A stretch of 64,000 nt of DNA from the human T2T-CHM13v2.0 reference genome, Homo sapiens. Position 1 is the stretch's first letter. Each line of letters begins with the position of its first letter. The translations under genes were made by a program, and so were the position numbers. Where the stretch lies: assembly GCF_009914755.1 (NCBI RefSeq), contig NC_060943.1. One strand, 5' to 3'. Positions 1 to 24,100 of this stretch are shown here, piece after piece. Below the pieces are notes generated by a model, which did not search any database, had not been told where the DNA came from, and saw only the letters and a list, made by a program, of their open reading frames with translations.

Positions 1-610
1 CGACGTGTCCCAGGAAGATGGCTTTGTCTGTAATGATGACATCATAGGACAGAGGCATCTTCTCTGCTGCAAAGACACAGGGAGAAAATATCTTCCCCAT
101 GGCGATGATGCCAAAAGAGGCCTTGGAGTTAGAGATGACATCATCCAGGTGAGATTGTCTCTGCAGTGACACCACAGGAAGGAATGTCATGGAACAAGGC
201 GTCGTCTCTGTTATTATACCACAAGAAGGAAGCCTCTGAGGACACCATAGAACATGGACATGGCCTCCAGCGCTGACCTCACGGGCCGGCCTCTTCCTCT
301 GTGATGACCTCATGGGAACGAGGCTTTGTCCCTGTGATGACATCACAGAACACAGACATTTTTGCTAGTGATGACCTCATGAGCCGGCCTCTTCCTCTGG
401 GATGACATCATGGGAAGGAGGCCTTGGCTCAAGCAGTGAAGTAATAGGAGGAGGAATCTTGTCTGCCAGGACATCCCAGAAGGAGGCTTTCACTCCTGTC
501 CAAGGGCCGATCTGGGCCCCAGGCCCCTGGCATGTGTGCGCCTGTGTCGGGGGATCCAGGCTGGGACGGGGGGCCCGGGAGGCCGCAGCCCCCCAGACCC
601 GGCCCTGGCC
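1..610 (-). other. SHISA7: SHISA7 3' UTR (continues beyond the window)
   Basis: Lies downstream of the stop at 611 on the minus strand; no minus-strand AATAAA is seen in this stretch. Confidence 0.8.
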
Positions 611-10398
<9,788 letters not shown>

Positions 10399-11001
10399 TC
10401 AGAGGGTGAGAAACGTAGAGATGGGTGGGCAGAGAGGCTGGGGAGGGCGGGCGGGGGGCGGCAGAGTGTGGGGAGCAACAGGCGCCAGGAGGCAGGAAGG
10501 GCGGAGGGAGCTGAGCTGCGTGGGCCCAAGTTGGCCGCCCCACGCGTGGTGGGCGACGATGGGAGAGTAATGGAAACGCGCCCGGGCACGGCTGGGGGAG
10601 AGAAATGAGCATGGGCGGACAGAACCGGGATCAGGCGAGAGATGAATGCGGGAGAAGCGATTGGGAGGGTCGACAGACACCAGAGGGGTGTGCAGACATT
10701 AGGACGAGGAGCGAGGCGAGGCGCGATGTAAGGAGAAGAAACGGGGGCGGCGAAGAGGAGAGGGCAGGGGAGGCAGCTGGAGGGAGGCGCGCGAAGGGGA
10801 GGGGAGGGTGGCGAGGGGAGTGGGGACCGCGGAGGGAGGGAAGGAAGCGAGACAGATGAGGGGTGGGTGGGAAAGGAGGAGTCAGGGAGACGGGGAAGGA
10901 GGGAGAAAAGAAGGGGAGGAGGAGGAGGGGGAGGAGAGGGAGGGAGGAGGAGAGAGAGAAGTTGAGAATTTGAGTTTATAGACCAGGCAAGTGGGAAGAG
11001 G

Positions 11002-11212
11002 CAGTGCACGGTTTTTCAACACTGACATTCGGGGACCGATGCTGCTTTGTGGTGAGCGCCTGTCCTGAGCGCTGTAGGATGTTTAGCAGCGCCCTCTCCA
11101 TGCCAGCAGCACCACATTCCCCCGAGTTGTGACAATGTAAGATGTTTCCAGGCATTGCCAAATGTTCCCCTGGTGGGAGGAGGCCACAGCTGCCCCCGTG
11201 GAGAACCACTGA
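11002..11212. mobile_element. MER20-like hAT DNA transposon
   Basis: Terminal cagtg..ttttcaac and gagaaccactg; internal tgtaggatgtttagcagc and cattgccaaatgttcccctgg. Confidence 0.75.
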
Positions 11213-11672
11213 CTTACACCCCTATGGTCCTCAGTGCCCCGAAATGCCAATTTCTCTCCCTTAGTTAGATCTGATAATCAAGGGATCTTAGGTGCCCTCC
11301 CTCCCTCCCTCTCTCTTCCTCTCTCTCTCTCTCTCCCTGGCATGCACACGCACACACACACCACTCTTACGGCGTCGGGTTTGAAGGGTCTCTGTCCACA
11401 GCTGAACCACAACCACAGCAGGGTGGTTCCCCTGCCGACTGGACCTCCTGCCAGCTGCCTGACACTGACAGGCTCTTATCTAAGCTCCCTGTGCCCCAAG
11501 TCCCCCATCTGTAAAATGGGGATAAGGATGGTTATCTCTGAGTGGTCAGGAGGATGAACTGAGGGAATATGTGTAAAGAGCTTAGAACAGTGCCTGGCAT
11601 ATTGCAGGTGAAATATGAAAGTGTTTGCTGCTGCTGCTATTTCAGAAGGGAGATACAGGCTGAGAAAGGGTC

Positions 11673-11960
11673 GTCCGGGTGCGGCGGCTCACGCCTGTAA
11701 ATCCCAGCACTCTGGGAGGCCAAGGTGGGCAAATTGCTCAAGCAGGAGACCAGCCAGCCTCGCCAACACAGCAAAACCGTGTCTTTACAAAAAAAAAAAA
11801 AAAAAAATTAGCCCGGCGTGGTCGTGCGCACCTATAGTCCCAGGTACTCAGGACGCTGAGGTGGGAGGATAACTTGAGTCCCAGAGATCAAGGCTGCTGG
11901 GAGCTGTGATTTCACCACCGCACTCCAGCCTGAGTTGACAGAGTGAGACCCTGTCTCAAA
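11673..11960 (+). mobile_element. Alu (J-like)
   Basis: Alu consensus. Confidence 0.9.
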
Positions 11961-12861
11961 AGAGAGAGAAAAGGTGATGCAGAAGAGAGGTGGGAGTTGG
12001 TGGTGGTGGTGGTGGGCAGGTCTTCCAGCTGTTTCTATGGCAACAGTCCAGCCAAGTCCCAGACACGCCCACCCCCGTGGACCTAGAGGGATGATAGAGG
12101 TGGGAAGGATGCCTGGCCTCGGGTTCCGGGAGAAGGAAACGTCTGAGCTCTACCTGCAGGAGGAACCCCCCAGGGGTCTGGGGTGACTGCCCACGGAGTC
12201 TTACATTTCCTCTCTGCAAGAACCTGATCTGAACAGCCCCTGCCCTGAGCTAGCTGCCGAGAGGCTGCCATAGAGCTTCCCAGGAGCAGGCATGATGCGC
12301 GGGGTGTGCATTCGTTCTGCAAATCTTCATTCAATAAATGTCTCCTGAGCAGCCTCCCTGGGCTGAGGATGCAGCAGTGAGTAAGCCCACAGGGTTCCTG
12401 CCTTTACGGGGGTTTACGTGCTAGTGAGGGGGGACAGTCAGCAGATGGACACAAATGAATGGGACACATGTTGACGCCAATTGTGAAGAAATAAAAAGGA
12501 ATGATGAAGGAAGCCGTGAAGAAATGAAAGCAGCATAAAGGGATGGAGGGGGTGGATGGGATTGAGTCAATAAATATCACTCGGTGTTATTTTCTATTAT
12601 ATGCCACCATCCATCGTGTGTGTGTCTAGGGACCACACCACTGTCAACAACATTGCTGCTGGTGGGGATGGGCAGAGGGTTGGAAGGTGAACCTTCCAGA
12701 GCCTCAGTGAGCTCCATCGCCCTCCTGCTTGGGGCCTCACCTTTCCTTTTCAGCTCCAGCTTGGACCCCTCCCCTGACTCGGTGCTAGAATACCCCACTG
12801 CCCACTGGACACTTCCTCCTGGGTGTTTAATGGGAGTCTTAGAAGTGGCTTGACCCCACAC

Positions 12862-14459
<1,598 letters not shown>

Positions 14460-15469
14460 TCACACCTGGAATAAAACCCCAACTCTGCCAGTAGCTCCTC
14501 TTCTCATCCTTTCCTTTTCCCTTCATACCTTCCAAGTTCATGCTCAAGACGCTCCACCTTCCTGCCTGTGCACGTGCTGTTTCCTTCGTCTGGGAGCCCC
14601 TTCCTTTCCACAGATCCTGCTCTGACCTGCCTCCTTTCTCCCTTCCTTCAGGGTGTCCCTAGCATGTCATTTCAGCCAGCCTTCCTGTCCTAGCGGTAAC
14701 AGCAGCCCCAGACATGCTCCCAATTCCTCACTTGCTTTGCAACTTTCATAGCTGTCATCTCTGCTGGCCACATGTGTGTGTACTGACACACTCATTTCAG
14801 ATGAGGACGCTGAGGTTCCGAGAGGTCACATCATTTGCCTGAGACCCAAGGTGCCCAAAGAGTGGGGCTGGGCTTTGAACTCAGGTCTCTGAGCACTGTG
14901 ACCTGTACAGCATGGATGCCTTTTTCCCCCACACAGAGACACATCCCTTCCAGAAGTGGCACATGCATGCAGCACTGCAGATTCCTTCATTCATTGAGGG
15001 CTACCATGTAGGGTTGGGCAGGTCGTGCACTGCACAAGGGGGTCTGGCTGAGAGGCTGAAATCCTGCTGGGCTCTGCTTCCCAGGGCGTGTGCCAGTGGG
15101 GCTGCATCCATTTGGGGTAAGGAGTGCCCCTTCCAAGCTCACACAAGGGTGCCATCTGCGTGCCAAACCACAGACCTGGGAGAGCGGATTGGGCAAGGTG
15201 GGGGTGCCTTTGTCTCATCTGCACAGAGGCTGCTGTATGGGCTGGCAGTTCTGCTCACTCCGCATTCCGTGCCAAGCCTCCGCCAGGCTCCATGGACACG
15301 ATTTCTCCCTCTGCTGACAGAGTCCCACTGGCTGCTCCAACTGCACGCACGTGGTGCACACACCCAAGGAGACACAGCTCTAGGCCATTGACAACTCCAG
15401 CAGGGGGACAGGGAGGGAGAGCAGGAGCAGTGGCGCACCTCCCCTCAAACTCAGCGATACACGCAGACG

Positions 15470-17284
15470 CACCACACACAGACCACACATACACACACAC
15501 ACACACACCACACACACCACACATACACCACACACTGACCCTCCACACCACACACGCCGCACAGACCACACATACACACACACACCACACACACACCACA
15601 CACACCACACATACACACACACACCACACACTGACCCTCCACACCACACACACGCCACACAGACCACACATTACACACACACGCCACACACACACACCAC
15701 ACACTGACCCCCCCACACCACACACACGCCACACAGGCCACACATACACACACACACCACCCACAGACCACACAAACACACACACCACACATACACACAC
15801 ACACCACACACACACACCACACACACCACACATACACATACACCACACACTGACCCTCCACACACACGCCGCAGAGACCACACATACACACACACACCAC
15901 ACACACACACCACACACTGACCCTCCACACCACACACACGCCACACAGACCACACATACACACACACGCCACACACACACACCACACACTGACCCCCCCA
16001 CAACACACACACGCCACACAGACCACACATACACACACACACCACACACACACACACCACACACACCACACATACACATACACCACACACTGACCCTCCA
16101 CACCACACACGCCGCACAGACAACACATACACACACACCACACACACACACCACACACACACCACACATACACACACACCACACACTGACCCTCCACACC
16201 ACACACACGCCACACAGACCACACATACACACACACACCACACACACACCACACATACACACACACACCACACACACACACACCACACACTGACACACGC
16301 CACACAGGCCACACATACACACACCACACACACACACACACCACACACCACACACACACACCACACACTGACCCTCCACACCACACACACGCCACACAGA
16401 CCACACACACACACACACACCACACACTGACCCCCCCACACCACACACATGCCACACAGGCCACACATACACACACACACACCACACACAGGCCACACAA
16501 ACACACACCACACACACACACACACACCACACTGACCCCCCACACCACACACACGCCACACAGACCACACACCACACACACCACACACATACACCACACA
16601 TGCACCACACACACACCACACACACCACACACACACCACACATACACCACACACCTCACACACATCACACAGCCCACACACCACACACTGCACACACCGC
16701 ACACACACACCAACATACCACACACCAGAGACACACACGACACACCACACACAGACCACACACACCACACACACCACACACACACCCCACACACCACAAA
16801 CACCCCACACACTCCACACACTGCACACACCGCACACGCCGCACATGCCACACACACCACACACCACACACACACCACACTGCACACACTGCACACACCA
16901 CACACCCCACATACCACATTCACACACCACACACCACACATACCACATTCACACACCACACATACCACACACATCACACACACCACACACACCCCAGACA
17001 CTGCACACACTGTACACACCACACACACCCCACACACCACACACAGTGCACAAACCACACACCACACACACACCACACCACACCCCCCACACATAACCAT
17101 ACACAGACCACACATACACACACCACACACCACACATACCACACACACCAGATACACACACACCACATACCACACACACACAAACCACACAACACACACA
17201 CACATACACACCACAAGCACACCACACACACACAAACCACAAACACACCACACACACACACCACACGCACACACACCACACACA
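15470..17284 (+). repeat. Complex (CA/CCA)n tandem tract, about 1.8 kb, with higher-order units containing ctgaccctcc
   Basis: Continuous cacaccacacatacac-like units; inverted relative to the 1719-2879 tract. Confidence 0.95.
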
Positions 17285-18174
17285 GCTTCTCTACCCCTCC
17301 TGGTCAGGGCAGCACCTATAGGTGGGTGGAGAGAGGACGTGCACCTGCAGACACAGCGGCCCCATCCAGACACTGGATGAATTCTTCCCTGACCTCACAC
17401 AAAGCTGCGCAGAGACACTGCCGAACACGCTGACACAGAGCACAGGGCACCCAGATAGTCCCAGACACAACACGAAAGGACCTGGTGGCACTCCTGTGGC
17501 CTCCTCCCGGCACACGGACGCACATACACACCACTCCACGTGGACACACAACACAAACATGGGCTTCTGCACATTTCAACCCCTACACACTGGGACCACT
17601 TACAGCTCTGGGACAGGACCAGGGACCTGCCCCACCTGGCTCCACGTGGGCCCGCGACCACACACATCACAGCTCACAGCCACGCAACCTCAGGGGCGCA
17701 CACACGTGTGCAAATACACCCTCACCAGCAATGGAGAGTGTGGAAGGCGCCATGTGACACCTCCGCCCCACACCCGCCCCCACCTCGGCTCTCACGCACA
17801 CAACGGCGCTCTCCTCCTCCACAGCTGAGGGGGAAGGGGCCCGGGACCCCAGGCTTCACGTCTGCATCTTGCATGCCCCGCTGAACCCCAGCTCAGGACC
17901 TGACAGACACAGATGTGGGGACACAGGTCAGAGAGCCAGCCTGGGCAGGGTCCCTGGGCTTCTGGGAGCTCCTCCCCCACCCCCCACCAGCCCCCTGCCC
18001 AGCTCTGTGCTGCACACTCCACCTGCTGCGTCCCCTCCCAACCCTCTTGGCTGGGGGCTGGGGGCCAGGATCCCAGAAGCTCAGAGAAAGGGACAGGGAT
18101 ACTGAAGGGGAAACAGAGGTCCTGGGAGAGGGGACAGAGAGCCAAAGGCAGGGCAGATTGTGTGTGTTTGAGAG

Positions 18175-18880
18175 AGAAGGGGGTACAGAGACCCAGAGAG
18201 AGGGGGACAGAGACCCAGATAGAGGGACAGGGACCCAGAGAGATGGGGGACAGAGACCCAGAGAGAGGGGGACAGAGACCCAGAGACGGGGACAGAGACC
18301 CAGAGAGAGGGGACAGAGACTCAGAGAGACAGGGGGACAGGGACCCAGAGAGATGGGGGACAGAGACCCAGAGAGAGGGGGACAGAGACCCAGAGACGGG
18401 GACAGAGACCCAGAAAGACAGGGGACAGAGACCCAGAGAGAGAGGGGACAGAGACCCAGAGAGAGAGGGGGACAGAGACCCAGAGAGAGAAGGGGACAGA
18501 GACCCAGAGACAGGGGGACAGAGACCCAGAAAGACAGGGGGACAGAGACTCAGAGAGAGAGGGAACAGAGACCCAGAGAGAGAGGGTACAGAGACCCAGA
18601 GAGAGAGGGGGACAGAGACCCAGAGAGAGAAGGGGACAGAGACCCAGAGAGAGAGGGGGACAGAGACCCAGAGAGAGAGAGGGACACAGACCCAGAGACA
18701 GGGGGACACAGACCCAGAGACAGGGGGACAGAGACCCAGAGAGAGAGGGGGGACAGAGACCCAGAGAGGGGACAGAGACCCAGAGACAAGGGGACAGAGA
18801 CCCAGAGACAGGGGGACAGAGACCCAGAGAGAGAGGGGGGACAGAGACCCAGAGAGGGGACAGAGACCCAGAGAGAGACG
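18175..18880 (+). repeat. Purine-rich VNTR (gggggacagagacccagagagaga, about 20-26-bp unit, about 30 copies)
   Basis: Tandem acagagacccagaga cores. Confidence 0.92.
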
Positions 18881-18999
18881 CAAAAGAGACGGGCGGGGGG
18901 CGGGAGACAAATGCTCAGAGGGGACGCAGCGTCCTAGAGAAGTGGGGTTCAGAGACCCTGAGAGGAGAGAGAGCCAGAGAGGGGAGGACCTGACCTACC

Positions 19000-20850
19000 G
19001 AGGGGACAGACGCCCGAGAGAGTCGGCGCCTCTGGGGTCTCGGGAGCTGGGCTGGAGTGGGGTCCGCAGGGGGTGGGTGGGGGGCTGAGGGGCGCAGTGG
19101 GTATGGAGAGAGAGGCCAGGGCTGGGCCGGGCGGGCGCCGGTCCGAGTGCGAACGGTGGAGCTCCTCTGGGGTTGACGGGTCGGTTTGGGGTAGGGGTGT
19201 GCGTTCAAGAGGAGGCGGGCCCGGGCGGGTGGGGAAAGCCCAGAGGGAAGGGGCGGGCTCTTGCTGGAGGGCGCGGGGACCCCAGTTCCGGGCGCCAGGG
19301 GCGGCGGGGCGGGGAGACCCTGGGGGCTGCACGGGGGCGCCGTGCCTCGCGGGCCGCGGGGAAGGCAGGGACCGAGCGAGGGAGGAGGACCCTCCCCCGA
19401 CCCGCAGCCCAGGCGGCGGCCGGTCCCGGCGCCCCCGCCCAGATCCCTGCGCCGCCCGGCCCGCGTGCTTGTCTCTGGGTCTCTGCATCTTCGCGTCCCG
19501 GGGCGCCCCGTCCACGCCTCCTCCCGGACCCCCGCCTCCCCCGCCCGTCTCTGTCTCTAGCGGGGGTCTCAGCCCTCGTCTGTCGCTGCGGGTCTCCTCG
19601 CATCTCGGCGTCTCTCTCCGCGTCTCTCTCCGTCCCGGCGCCTGTGTCCCGGGCTGTCCCCAGCTCCGAGCCTCAGTTCCCTGCGCGCCTCCATTTCCCT
19701 CCTTCCCCCGCCCGGTCTCCGTCACCCCTCTGTCTCCACATCCCGCTTGTCTCTCCTTCCTGGCTCCACGTCTCTTTCTCTGTCCCAGGTTTGCTGTCGT
19801 CTGATCTCTGTCTGAGTGTCTGTGTCTCCACTCGCCCCCGACCCGGCCCCCCGAGCCCCCTCCCGGGTCCCCCACTCCCATTCAGGCCCGGGTTGGTGGG
19901 GTGGGGGGGCGCTGCGGCGGGAGCTGTGTGTTCCCAGCGCAAAATAGACTCTCGTTGCCATGGCGACGCGCGCGGGGCCTCGGAGACGCGAGGCTTCGGG
20001 CTTGGGGGGTGAGGAGGGGGGACACCTGGATCCGGAAGGCGGGGGCCGGGGGCGCCGCCGCCCGGTCCCAGGGGCTCCTCCTAGATCCCTGGGGAGAGGG
20101 ATGCTGGGCGCTCCGACGCTGGGGGCCAGGGGACCGGACCTTCTGGGAGGGGTCTGGGCTCCCAGGGTCGGCGGTGGGGGCTCCGATTGCCCAACGCGGG
20201 GCGGGCTGACTGACAGCTCTGACGCCGGTGTCTCTGAGGACTCAGGGGTGGCCTCTCAGGTCTCCAAGGTTGGGGAAGAGGCAAGGGCTGCAAATCTGGA
20301 ACGGAGGAGCTCTCCCTGGGGGTCTGCAGAGTTCCAACTCCTAGATCTGCAGAATTCTGGGAGCCCCCATGTGGGTCCCGGAACTCCTGCGTCTGGGGGA
20401 GCCGGGACTACAATGCTTTCAGCCCTTCCTTCCATCCGTCCATCCATCCTTCCATCCATCCATCCACCCATCCACATGGCTGTGTCTTCCTTCCTCCCGT
20501 CTCCATGTCCCCTTGCCTCAGTTTCCCTTCCGCACCTGGGTGCGGTCTCGCTCACCTCGCTTTCCGGATGCGGGACCCTTGGGGAGCCGGGGGTGGCGGC
20601 GTGGGGGGCGGCCGGAGGCGGCGGCGGAGCGCGTGTCTGCCGGCAGCTGGGCTGGGCGTGCGCGCGCCGGCTGGGGGCGACCCCGGCCGCAGTTCTCCTC
20701 CGAGCAGATGCGCCGCGTCCGTGCAGATGTGTCAGCCGCCAGCCCTCGCCTTTGCCTCGCGCCGAGAAGAGGCACCTCCCCCCCCACCTGCTGGGGACCC
20801 CGCTTTCTCCCTCCTGCAGCCCCCAGTCGCCCCCGGGATTCCCCCCAACC
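19000..20850. promoter_or_regulatory. Large CpG island between the ISOC2 3' end and SHISA7; probable distal SHISA7 promoter
   Basis: Very CpG-rich with no credible CDS. X-box GTTGCCATGGCGAC at 19954, E-boxes, and minus-strand donors at 18998 and 20555. Confidence 0.7.
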
Positions 20851-20882
20851 CAAGAATGGTTTGGTCCACAGCCACATATATG

Positions 20883-20888
20883 TTTATT
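20883..20888 (-). terminator. ISOC2: ISOC2 polyadenylation signal AATAAA
   Basis: tttatt on the plus strand, about 300 nt after the ISOC2 stop. Confidence 0.8.
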
Positions 20889-21189
20889 CTGCGAGTCCGT
20901 GTCCCACAGTCTGAGACTCTTCTTCCCCTCCCCTTCCCGCCCCGTGAAGTGGCCCGGGGCCGAGCCCCGCCTCCATCTTGGCTCAGCCAATTCCCACCCA
21001 GTTTCCAGGAGTCTCATTTGCATTTCCGGGAGCAGCTGTCCAATGGGAAGGCAGCACCCTGCCCCCCCCACAAGGGGGCGGCACTCCTGGTGGATCGCAC
21101 CACTCTTGGGATCCAGGGATGGGGGGAACGGGCTTCCACTGAGGTCCGGGTGACAGGAGGGTGGTCTTCCCTCAAGGCAGGGTTGGAGT

Positions 21190-24100
21190 TCAGTGGAGGA
21201 GGGAGTTCTGGCCTTGGAAGAGGCCCAGCAGTCCGCTGTCTGGGGCGGGCTCCTTGATGAGTTTCTGGATCTGTAAGGGCAGGGGGCGATGGGTCAGGAA
21301 GCGTCTAGGGTCCCGATCTCCATGGATGACAAATCTGAGGGACACCTCTCCGTCTTCATCTCTCGGACCTTCTGGCTAGCAGCTGCCCAAGACAACACTC
21401 CCTCTTCTCAAGACTTTTCCTGGGGCCTCCCTTTCATTACACGTGACTGGTTGAGCTCCTCACTGCCTGCCATCTTGGTGTGCTTTGCGGGCTTGGACCA
21501 CTAAGGGTGGACAGCTCTGTGCTGGGGCTTCCTGTCTACACCTTCCTCTTCTTAAGTAACCTCATTTCTCCCATCCCTCTTCTGGGCCCTCAGCTCACAA
21601 ATCCAGCCTGGACTTTGCCCCTGAACTCGACTCATCTATCTAACTGCCTCTTAGATAGACATGAGCAACCAACCGCATTTCATCCATCAGCAAGTCCCAG
21701 CAAGTTTATCTCCAGAAAATAAAATAAATAAATAAATAAAGAAACAACAACAACAACAAAAAAGCCTGCATCCCCCCTGCCTCATCACCGCTTGCCTGGG
21801 CGCCCAAATTAACCTCCTTACTGACAGGTCTCCCTCCTCCCCTCTATGCCACACTCCCTAATCCACTGGTCACACAGGGCCAGAAAGAACTTTGTAAACT
21901 GCCGATCTGATATGGCCAGCTCCCCTGCATCAAACCCTGATGGCTGCCCGTGGCTGAAATCTCAAACCTCTGGGCTCTGACTCCTGCGTGAAGACAGGCT
22001 GCTGGCTCCTCCCGCGTGGTGCTCACCCTGGCCTGCTACAGCTCCTCAAAGAAAGCTCAGTCCCCCTCCCCTGGGAACACTGTGAGTGCCTGATGCCCCC
22101 TTCCCCGGCAGCTCAGAATTCAGGGCCACCTCTGCCACTCTTGCTCATCCCTCTGCAACTCCTGCCCCAGCTGGGGGTCACAATGTGTCACTGAACATGG
22201 ATTGCTGCAGACTCCAGGGCTCACCACAGTGGCTGGCACAGAGTGGGTGCTCGGTGAATGTCCCACAGAGCTGAACTAGAAGGAAGGTAAGGAGCAGACC
22301 TGGGAGGGCCTGGGAATGTCAAGGTCTGGGGCCTCTCCAGCATCCTGAGGGCCAATGGCTTGAAGCAGGGGGGCCCAGTACCTGGCTGACCCCGGTAGCA
22401 GGGTGGCCAGTGGAGTCTGAGAAACTGGAGGAGGGGCACCCGGGCCGGAAGGGGCAGAGGCGGAGGAGATGGAGAGTTGGAGATGGGTGTGGACGGGTCA
22501 AGGGGCTTCTATCTAGAGGGTCTCTGCTGACCTGTTCTTCCCCAGTGTCCGCCTGGTCACTCCCTCCTTCAGTTCATTCTAAAGTCACCTGCTCCAGGAT
22601 GCCCCCCAGACCCTCCAATACAAACCCCCTCCTCTGTGCCCTGACCCTCTGGATTGCCTCCCCCATTTTATTGTTCTCTGTGGCCCTTATGGTCCATCTG
22701 TGGGCTCCTTTCATGGATTTATGGCAGTGACAGTGACCAGCAGCCTCCCCTCCAAGAACCTGGCTCCCCCTGGAGGCGGCAGCCTGCTGGTGCCGAGATG
22801 TATTCTCAGAGCCCAAAGACAAGACCTTTGACAGATGCAGGGGAGGTGGGGGCGGCCAGGTGGGCATTACCTCCTTGAACTGGGGGTGGACGGCATCGCC
22901 CACAAGCTGCAGAATGAGCCCTTCGCTGGTGGAGAGGAAGGCACCACTCTGTCTCATGCGGGCCAGAGCCACCAGCCGGTCCACCTGGCTGTGAGTGGGA
23001 GGGAGGGAGGGAAGGTTGGTGTGGACGCCGCAGTCTGGACACCCAGACACGCAGGCACCCTGGTGGGAATGCCGCCTGTGGCCCTTCCTGGGAGCCCCTG
23101 ATGGCCCCCACGTGCACCCACCCAGGCAGGGGCCCTCTCACCTGCGTGAGGAGCAGGCGTCCACCACCACATGGACCTGCAGCCCCCGGTCTAGGAGGTC
23201 CAGGGTCGTGTTCTGTGGGTAGAGAGAGGTCAGGGCCAACCCCGGATAAGAACGGGGGTCCTGGGTAAGGAATTGGGGATGGTGAGTCAGAATTAGGGGC
23301 CCAGAATGGGGAGGAGGGAGGCTCGGATCAGAGGAAGGGGCCCCCAGGTCAGGAGGGGATCCAAGATAGGATGGGGCCCACAGGTGAGGAGAGAGGGCCC
23401 AGGTCAGGATGGGGGTCCTGCAGGGAAGTGGAGGTTTCTGGTCAGGGAAGGAGGTTCTATTTAGGATGGGGGTCCCAGGTTAGAACGAGGGACCCCTGGG
23501 GTCAGTCAGCATCTCACCAAGATGCAGGCCTGTGCCTCAATGCCACAGAGCAGCACAGAGCGCAGCTGGGGCCGACTGTCCAGCTCCTGCTGCAGGGCAG
23601 GCACCATGCTGAAGCAGGTCTTGGCCAGCGGCCGAAGGCCCTCAGTCCCCAGCTCGGGCACCGTGGGGCCCAGGCCTTGTGGGTACTGCTCCGTCAGCAT
23701 GACTGGCACCTCAAGCAGCCGGGCCACCTGTGCCAGTGATGGGGAAGAAAGGTCAGGGTCTGAGGGAGGAGGGGCTGGGCCTGGACTCCTGGGTGTGAGG
23801 GAGGAGGGGCTGGGCCTGGACTCCTGGGTCTGAGGGAGGAGGGGCTGGGCCTGGACTCCTGGGTCTGAGGGAGGAGGGGCTGGGGGCCTGGACTCCTGGG
23901 TCTGAGGGAGGAGGGGCTGGGCCTGGACTCCTGGGTCTGAGGGAGGAGGGGCTGGGCCTGGACTCCTGGGTCTGAGGGAGGAGGGGCTGGGCCTGGACTC
24001 CTGGGTCTGAGGGAGGAGGGGCTGGGGGTCTGGACTCCTGGGTGTGAGGGAGGAGGGGCTATGCCTGGACTCCTGAGTCTGAGGGAGGAGGAGCTGGGCC

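Noticed and set aside
15124-17433. ORFs up to 640 aa on both strands
   Set aside because: Same artefact from the CA/GT tract.
17792-19088. 340-391 aa ORFs
   Set aside because: Translations of the GA-rich VNTR.
18949-21257. Many 240-400 aa ORFs in the CpG island
   Set aside because: Expected in very GC-rich DNA; low-complexity Gly/Pro/Arg/Ala content, no recognisable domain, and overlapping in several frames.
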